Part shown: positions 56,306 through 64,000 of the stretch, in pieces | Layout of the letters: each line of letters begins with the position of its first letter | How positions within the stretch are numbered: the first letter of the stretch is position 1 | Assembly (NCBI GenBank): GCA_964016885.1 | Contig: OZ024743.1 | Location: 11,346,001-11,410,000 of the forward strand | Direction of reading: 5' to 3' | Length of the DNA: 64,000 bases | Source of the DNA: Eledone cirrhosa | Lineage: Eukaryota | The notes under the pieces: model-generated | Told to the model about the DNA's origin: nothing | The model's database searches: none | The model's input: only the letters and a program-made list of their open reading frames with translations | Translations under genes and position numbers: made by a program

Positions 56306-56505
56306 NNNNNNNNNNNNNNNNNNNNNNNNNNNNNNNNNNNNNNNNNNNNNNNNNNNNNNNNNNNNNNNNNNNNNNNNNNNNNNNNNNNNNNNNNNNNNNN
56401 NNNNNNNNNNNNNNNNNNNNNNNNNNNNNNNNNNNNNNNNNNNNNNNNNNNNNNNNNNNNNNNNNNNNNNNNNNNNNNNNNNNNNNNNNNNNNNNNNNNN
56501 NNNNN
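56306..56505. other. Assembly gap (200 N)
   Basis: Run of n characters. Confidence 1.
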
Positions 56506-56547
56506 AACACACCACACCTCACTACATCACACCACATAACACCCAAC

Positions 56548-57706
56548 ATTTTTTCCTCATCTTTTTATCATGTGTTATCAACTAATCCGAACTCCAAGAT
56601 GTTTGTTATTGACTCTCTCTTCATGGAAAACTTAAGTGGATGCACTTCTCTCATTTAACCCCAGAGTTTTCTCTAAGATTTTTCGTATGTTATCAACGAA
56701 TATGACCTCCAAACCAGTTGGAAATGATTAGTTGTTCTAGATAAAAGGAGGGGTAAAGCAGGTGGAAAAACCATTGTCGTTTTGTAGATATATACCCTAA
56801 TGATTTTTCTTCGGTCTCCTTTTGAGTGCTATCAACTAATCTGACCTTTTAGTTGCTCTGAATCAATTTTTTTTTTTCTGGGATTTGGAAACTAAAACTA
56901 AATTAAACATAAAATTAAATCTAGCCCCAACCCTAAACTCTAAATCTAAACCAAACCAAGCTAAATCTAAATATAAACATTACCCCAACCCTTAAACTAA
57001 ACCCTAAACTATACCCCAACCCTTAAACTAAACCCTAAACTATACCCCAACCATAAAACTAAACCCTAAACATTACCCCAACCCTAAAAGTAAACCCTAA
57101 ACTTTACCCCAAACCTAAAACTAAACCCTAAACTTTACCCCAAACCTAAAACTAAACCCTAAACTTTACCCTAAAACTAAACCCTAAACTTTACCCCAAC
57201 CCTAAAACTAGACCCTAAACTTTACCCCAACCCTAAAACTAGACCCTAAACTTTACCCCAACCCTAAAACTAAACCCTAAACATTACCCCAACCCTAAAC
57301 CTAACCCAGGGAAATAAGTTGATTGGAAGCATCTAGGAGGTCAGATTAATTAATAGCACAGGAAATAGCATAGGAAATAGCATAGGAAATAGCACAGGAA
57401 ATTAATAGTACAGGAAATAACCGAAAATGATTAAGTCCCACAACATGTGAGTGGGGTGTAGATCTGCAAAACTCTTTCCCTCTCCTCTTTCTCCAAAGCT
57501 AGTTGTTTTTGACTGGTTTGGAAGTCATATTCACTGATAACGCATGAAAATAGAATCAAAGAGAAAATTCTGAGTAAGCAGGGGTTATCTGGGTGAAGAG
57601 GGAACCACCTCACCCCGCCGTTTTCCTGGAGGGGGGAAAAGTCAGTTTCAAGCATCTTGGAGATTGGATTAGTTGATAGCACATGAAAAATAGGAGGAAA
57701 AAATTT
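56548..57706. mobile_element. Foldback-like element with long modular inverted arms
   Basis: 56548-56882 is an imperfect inverted copy of 57306-57706. The subrepeat gtgctatcaactaatc.gacc recurs within the arms. Flanked by (CACCA)-type satellite. Confidence 0.7.
56975..57305. repeat. 31-bp tandem repeat rich in CCCTAAA, about 10-11 copies
   Basis: Unit accctaaactttaccccaaccctaaaacta(a/g). Period measured at 57001/57032 and 57181/57212. Confidence 0.9.
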
Positions 57707-58102
57707 CACATCACATCACACCACATCAAATCACTCCGCACGCCATCACATTACACCATACCACACCACATACTACACCACATCACCTCACATTTCACCA
57801 CACCACACCACTTCACATCACATCACATCACATCTCACCACACCACACCCCATCACATGCCATCACACCACACGCTACCACACTACATCCCACCACACTC
57901 CACTACACCATATCCCCCACACTCCACCACACCAGTCCACTACAATAAACCACACCACACCACACTCCACTACTCTACACTAGACTAGACTACACTACAC
58001 TACATCACACCACACTACACCCCACCACTGTCCACTACACTAAACCACACTCCACTACCCTACCCTACACTAGACTACACTCCACTACACTACACCACAC
58101 CA
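57707..58102. repeat. Degenerate pentamer satellite (CACCA/CATCA/CACTA)
   Basis: Directly visible. Also at 58395-58465, 59260-59470, 63170-63345, 63520-63570 and 63945-64000. Confidence 0.9.
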
Positions 58103-58132
58103 CTGTCTATTTGACTGTTTTCTATTTTGTAG

Positions 58133-58180
58133 GTATGTCCAGTTACAGTAAGAGAAAGAAAGTTATTTCAAAGGATCTGA
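58133..58180 (+). CDS. Candidate 48-nt exon (GMSSYSKRKKVISKDL in phase 1)
   Basis: Acceptor ttttctattttgtag, donor gtaagt, symmetric length, open in the phase continuing from 54339. Confidence 0.45.
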   Translation, partial: VCPVTVRERKLFQRI

Positions 58181-58576
58181 GTAAGTAAACACTTCATTGA
58201 CCATCATTTTAAGCAGAATCTCAGTGTAGTTTTAAATTGACCTTTTCATGATTACACCTCAGTCTTAACTTAATCACCTGTAGATGGATGCTACATGTAA
58301 TGTTAAAATTAGTTAAACACTGTTTCCCCCTTCTCATCACATGTGGATGCTACATGTGTATTGTTAACATTAATCTAACGTTGTCCCTCCCCCTCACCAT
58401 ATCATACCACACCACATCACACCATGTTGTACCACACCAGACCACATAACACCATGCTATACCATATATATATATATATGAGCTCCCCACTCGTTATATT
58501 AACTGTGTCTCCTCGGTGTTTCGTGAAAGTCTGAGAGATCAGCTATATATTTGTTTACATTTTTTTTTATATTTAG

Positions 58577-58701
58577 ATGGAAAAGAAGAAAAAGACGACG
58601 AAGCAGACGACTAAAATGACAACAAAGACGACGAAGCAGACGACTAAAATGACAACAAAGACAAAGAAGACACGGGAAACGATGACGAAAAGAAGAAGAA
58701 A
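58577..58701 (+). pseudogene. Candidate duplicated exon, acidic frame interrupted by TAA
   Basis: Acceptor region paralogous to 58921-59020. A 33-bp internal duplication carries the TAA. gtatga donor-like site. Confidence 0.35.
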
Positions 58702-59000
58702 GTATGATCTCAGTTCAGTCTAAACCTAATGATTTATAGATATGATCTTAGTTCAGTCTTAACCTAATGACCTGTAGATACGATCTATTTAGGTTTAACT
58801 TAAACATTCAAAGATATTTGTATATACTTTTGTTGATGTTTGACATTGTTTTTTAGTTATGAAATAGCTTCTAAGCTACATTATAGGATCACAGTGCATG
58901 AGCACACTGCTCTTTAAATTAACTTTATCTCCTCAGCACTTTGTAAAGTCTGAGAGATAGGCAGCATATATGTTTTACATTCTTTGTTTTTGGTATTTAG

Positions 59001-59257
59001 ATGGCAGAGGAGAAGATAAAGGCACAGAAGAAGGCACAGAAGAAGTCAAAAGCACAGAAGAAGTCAAAAGCACAGAAGAAGTCAAAAGCACAGAAGAAGT
59101 CAAAAGCACAGAAGAAGTCAAAAGCACAGAAGAAGTCAAAAGCACAGAAGAAGTCAAAAGCACAGAAGAAGTCAAAGGCACAGAAGACAAAGAAAATGAA
59201 CAAGAAGAACAATTATTATCACTATTATTATTGTTATTATTATTTGTATTATTATAA
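59001..59257 (+). CDS. Candidate exon with an 18-bp repeat (STEEVK in phase 1, KAQKKS in phase 0)
   Basis: Acceptor tttttggtatttag, about 8-9 copies of aagcacagaagaagtcaa, two forward frames open. Confidence 0.4.
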
Positions 59258-59509
59258 TCAAACTAAGCCACACTACATCAACCTATACCACACCACACCA
59301 CACTGACAAACATTATACCATACCACATTATCCAACACCACACTACGAAACACTGTACGACCTCACATCAGACCATGCTACGAAACAATATACCATACTA
59401 CACTATACAACAATAGACAACACCACACAAGACTATGAAACACTATACTTTACCACACTATATCACACCACTCAAGTTGGAGAGGATCAACTTTTTTCCT
59501 GGAAAGTAG

Positions 59510-62500
59510 AAAACCTAACTTTAAGCTAAAACCGAACTTTAAAAATAACACGTACCCTAACACTTGCACTCACACATGCTCTAACAGTGAACTTAGCGCT
59601 AACATGAAAACTAACACAAACACAAAATCTGAAAACTAACATTAAATAGAAAACTAACACAAACACTAACACTAATACAAACTCTAACACTAACCTGAAC
59701 ACTTACACTAAAACTAACATTAGCACAAACATTAGCCTGAACACTAGCACTAAAACTAACACTACCATAAACACTAACACTGACATGAGCACTAACACTA
59801 CCATAAACACTAACACTGACATGAGCACTAACACTAAAAGTAACACTAACACAAACACTAATCTGAAAACTGATACTAACCAGAAAACTAAGCTAACATT
59901 AACTTCAACACTAAAACAAACACTAACGCTAACAGAGATACTAACACAAAAACAAACACTAACACAATCTCTAACACTAAAACTAACATTAACTTGAACA
60001 CTAACTCTAACCTGAAAACTAAGCTAACATTAACCTGAACACTAACAGAAATACTAATGCTAACATTAACGCTAACCTTAACACAAAAACAAAGACTAAC
60101 GCTAACACAATCACTAACAGTAATGGAAACATCAAACACTAATGCTAACAGAGATATTAACACAAAAACAAATACTAACCTTAACACTAACATTACCTTG
60201 AACACTAACACAAACACTCATGCTAACACTAACAGAAATACTAATACTAATGCTAACATTAACACAAAAACAAAGACTAACGCTAACACAATCAGTAACA
60301 CTAATGAAAACATCAATCACTAATCCTAACAGAGATACTAACACAAATATTAACACAAAAACAAACACTAACACAATCTCTAACACTAAAACTAACATTA
60401 ACTTGAACACTAACACTAACCTGAAAACTAAGCTAACATTAACCTGAACTCTAACACACATGCTAACACTAACAGAAATACTAATGCTAACATTAACACA
60501 AAAACAAACACTAAAGCAATCTCTGACACTAACCTCAACACTAAAACTAACATTAACTTGAACACTAACTCTAACCTGAACACTAATGCTAACACTAACA
60601 GAAATACTAACGCTAACATTAACGCTAACCTTAACACAAAAACAAAGACTAACACAAACACAATCACTAACACTAATGCTAACAGAGATACTAACACAAA
60701 TATTAAAACAAATACTAACACTAACACTAACTCTAACCTGAACACTTACACTAAAACTAACACTAACAGAGATACTAACACAAAAACAAACACTAACTCG
60801 AACACTTACACTAAAACTAACATTAACCTAAACACTAACACTACCATAAAAACTAACACTAAAAAAAACACTAACACTAAAACTGATACTAACCAGAAAA
60901 CTAAGCTAACATTAACCTCAACACTAAAACAAACACTAACATTAACAGAAAAACAAAGACTAGCACTAACACTAATGGAAACACTAACACAAACATTAAC
61001 ACAAAATAAAACACTAACACTAATGGAAAAAATAACACTAACACTAAAACTAACACTACCGTAAACACTAACACTAAAACTGACATTAACACGAACATTA
61101 ACCTGAACACTAACACTGCCATAAACCACTAACCTGAGCACTAACACTAAAAGTAACACGAGCCCTAATCTGAAAACTAACACTAACCAGAAAACTAAGT
61201 CAACATTAACCTGAACACTAACACTAACAAAAATGCTAACACTAAATCAAAATCAAACACGAACACTAATGCCAACGCTGACACTGACGAAGATGGCTAT
61301 GCTGGCACAAACGCTAGCGCAAATGTTGACACAATCGCTTACGCTGACACAAACACTAACGTGAATACTGATGCAGGTGCAAAGGCGAATGCTGACAAAG
61401 ACTCTGACACACACGCTGATGTAAATGCTACACAGACTCTAACGCTGACATGGACACTGACACAAATGCTCACGCTGATGCAAACACTAAAGCAAATGCA
61501 GACACTAATGCAAACACTAAAGCAAATGTTGATGCAGATGTTAAAGCAAACGCAAATGCTGACGCAAACGATGACAGCGATGCTAATGTGAACCTTAACG
61601 CAGACGTAAACATCGACATAGAAGCTAAAGGAAACGCTGACACAGACACTAACACACGTTAACACAGATGCTAACGTAAACACTTACGCAGATGCTAATA
61701 TAAACACTATCGCAGATGCTAACATAAATGCTGACACAGACGCATAGGTAAACACTGACCCTGATGTAGATGTAAATACAGACGCTGACGTAGAAGCTAA
61801 CACAAACGCTGACACAGACACTAATGTAAGCGCTGACGTAGAAGCTAACGTAAACGACGTAGATGTTAACGTAGACGCTGATGTAGAAGCTAACGTAGAC
61901 GCTGACGTAGAAGCTAACAAAACGCTGACGTAGTTGTTACGTAGAAGCAGGCGTAGAAGTTAGCGTTTACCCTTACCGCCGAAGCTGATCTCCAAAACGC
62001 AATTGCTGATGCGGATTGCTGAAGCCAAAGCCAAGCTAACGCTGACGCAAATGTTGAGGCAGTATTGCCAGGCGCTGACGTGTATGCTGACGCTAATGCA
62101 AATGCTGATGCGGACGCTAGGGCTAAGGCTAACGCTAACGCTGACGCAAATGCTGAAGTTAACGCTTACATGGGATATGCAGACGCTGCAATGATGCGGA
62201 CGCCACAGGAAAGGTTAATGGAAACGCTAATGCTAACGGAAAACGCTGACGTACACGTTACGGAAACGCTGACGTAGAAGCTAACGTAAATGCTGACACA
62301 GACGCTAACGTAAACGCTGACACAGACGCTAAGGTATACAATGACGTTAACTGAAACGCTGACGCTGATGTAGATGTAAATACTGACGCTGACACAGACA
62401 CGGTCGGAAACGCTGACGTAGAAGCTGACGAGATGCTGATGTAGAAGCTAACGGAAATGCTGACGTAGAAGCTAACGGAAATGCTGACGTAGAAGCTAAC

Positions 62501-63052
62501 GGAAATGCTGACAAAGACGTTAAAGGAAACGCTGTCGCAAACGCTAACGCTAATGTGAATGCTGATGCAGATGCTGACGCAAATGCTAACCCCTACACAA
62601 ATGCTAACACTGACTCAAACACTAATGCAAATGCTGACGTGCACGCTGATGCAAACGCTGACACTGAGGGAAATGCTGACACTGACACAAGTGCTGACGC
62701 GGACGCTAATGATAATGCTAACTCAGAAGCTGACGTAGACGCAGGCACTGAAACAAACACTAATGTTGACTCAGACGCTAAGGGAAATGCTGACACAATC
62801 ACTATCACCAATGCAGACGCTGACGCAAATGCTGACATAGATGCTGACACTTACGCAAACACTAACGCAGATGCTAACACCAGTCCACATAGACACTAAC
62901 ACAAAAGCTTACATAGACGCTTATGCAAATGCTAACGCTGATGCAGACAGTAACGCAAACAGTAACTGTAAGAGTAACAGTTACAGTAACACTGGCAGTG
63001 ACAGTAATGCTAACAGTAACACAGTCACTAACAATAAACTTACACTAACATT
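59510..63052 (+). repeat. 3.5 kb cryptic hexamer array (AACACT grading to GACGCT/GATGCT/AATGCT)
   Basis: Period-6 RAYRCW consensus with strong strand asymmetry and local internal duplications. Confidence 0.88.
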
Positions 63053-63367
63053 AATCCAGAGAAAAAAGTCATTTGCAATCACATTTAAGGTCACTCTTTA
63101 AGATATAGAAGATAGGCATTACATTTTAATGATTTTAATTTAAAGAGAATCACGCTATACGATGCAACACAATAACACACCACACTAACCTACACTACAC
63201 CAAACCAGATTATACCATACCTTGGTAAATTTATGATTGGTTTCCATGTTATAACTACACCAAACGAAACCATACCAAACTACATCAAACCAAACCACAC
63301 CAAACCAAACCACACCATAACAAACTACACCATACTACATCACATCATGCTATTAATCTCAGTGAGA

Positions 63368-63900
63368 ACATTTTTCTTCCTGTTTTTTTTTTCTGTGTGT
63401 GTGTGTGTTTACCATCCAATCTGATATCAAAGGTGCTCACAAATGACTATTTTTTTACACATTATCAATGTATATAACATAGAAACCTAACATTTGCAAT
63501 AGGTTCCCATGTCATAACTACAACAATCCAAACCACACCATAACAAACTACACCATTCTACATCACACCATGCTTTTGATCTCAGTGTGAAAAATTTTCT
63601 TCCTGTTTCTTTTTTTTTTTTTGTGTTCTTATCACCCAATCTGACATCAAAAGTGCTGCAATTGACTATTTTTCGCACATATTATCAATAATTATGACAT
63701 GGAAAACTGTCGAAAATGACTAGCTTTGAGAAAGAAGAGGGAGGATGTGGGTGGAAATACCATTTACAAAGCTAGTCATTTTTTATTGCAGCGGAAGTCA
63801 TATTTTTTGTTAATATGCTAAAAGCATAGTCCACTGCGAGCATCTTGGAAGTTGTATTAGTTGATAGCACATGCAAAAGTGAAGGGAAACATTTTTTTCT
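63368..63900. mobile_element. Rearranged relative of the foldback element at 56548-57706
   Basis: gcatcttgga..attagttgatagcacatg at 63840-63873 matches 57652-57685, gactagctttg/caaagctagtc form an inverted pair, and the left part is duplicated (63330-63490 vs 63560-63705). Confidence 0.65.
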
Positions 63901-64000
63901 TACATAAATCAAAGTGGAAATTTAATTCCTTACTTATAACAAAGCACACCAAACCACATTAATCTACCCCAAACCACACCATATCAAACAGCACCATATT

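Noticed and set aside
56189-56658. ORFs spanning the N run
   Set aside because: Artefacts of the assembly gap.
56975-57305. True telomere or interstitial telomeric repeat
   Set aside because: 31-bp higher-order unit rather than (TTAGGG)n, and enclosed by inverted arms.

Overview
AT-rich animal (metazoan) genomic DNA with a 200-N assembly gap at 56306-56505. The SINE and microsatellite repertoire resembles what I recall of Octopus (coleoid cephalopod), which is an inference. Almost all ORFs in the six-frame track are microsatellite artefacts or transposon debris. The only host gene I can support is a + strand gene whose start codon appears split (AT|G) across a ~42 kb first intron (donor after 11923, acceptor before 54269). 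It encodes a signal peptide, MLKQIVLLLFFLCRTMARSAKG, with possible further small exons at 58.1-59.3 kb. The rest is RTE, CRE and CR1 LINE fragments, mariner fragments, pogo/hAT/piggyBac MITEs, a non-autonomous Helitron, many SINEs, a foldback element with a telomere-like core and a 3.5 kb cryptic hexamer array. The most striking structure is a set of more than 10 short, mostly microsatellite-embedded Penelope-like (PLE) 3' termini. They combine a type I hammerhead ribozyme (several with an unusually long stem II), a fold-back inverted copy often centred on ribozyme stem II, and a tail motif (ACTCTRC..ATTGAGTRCT) shared between otherwise unrelated families. A decayed Naiad-type PLE ORF lies at 6.1-7.2 kb.
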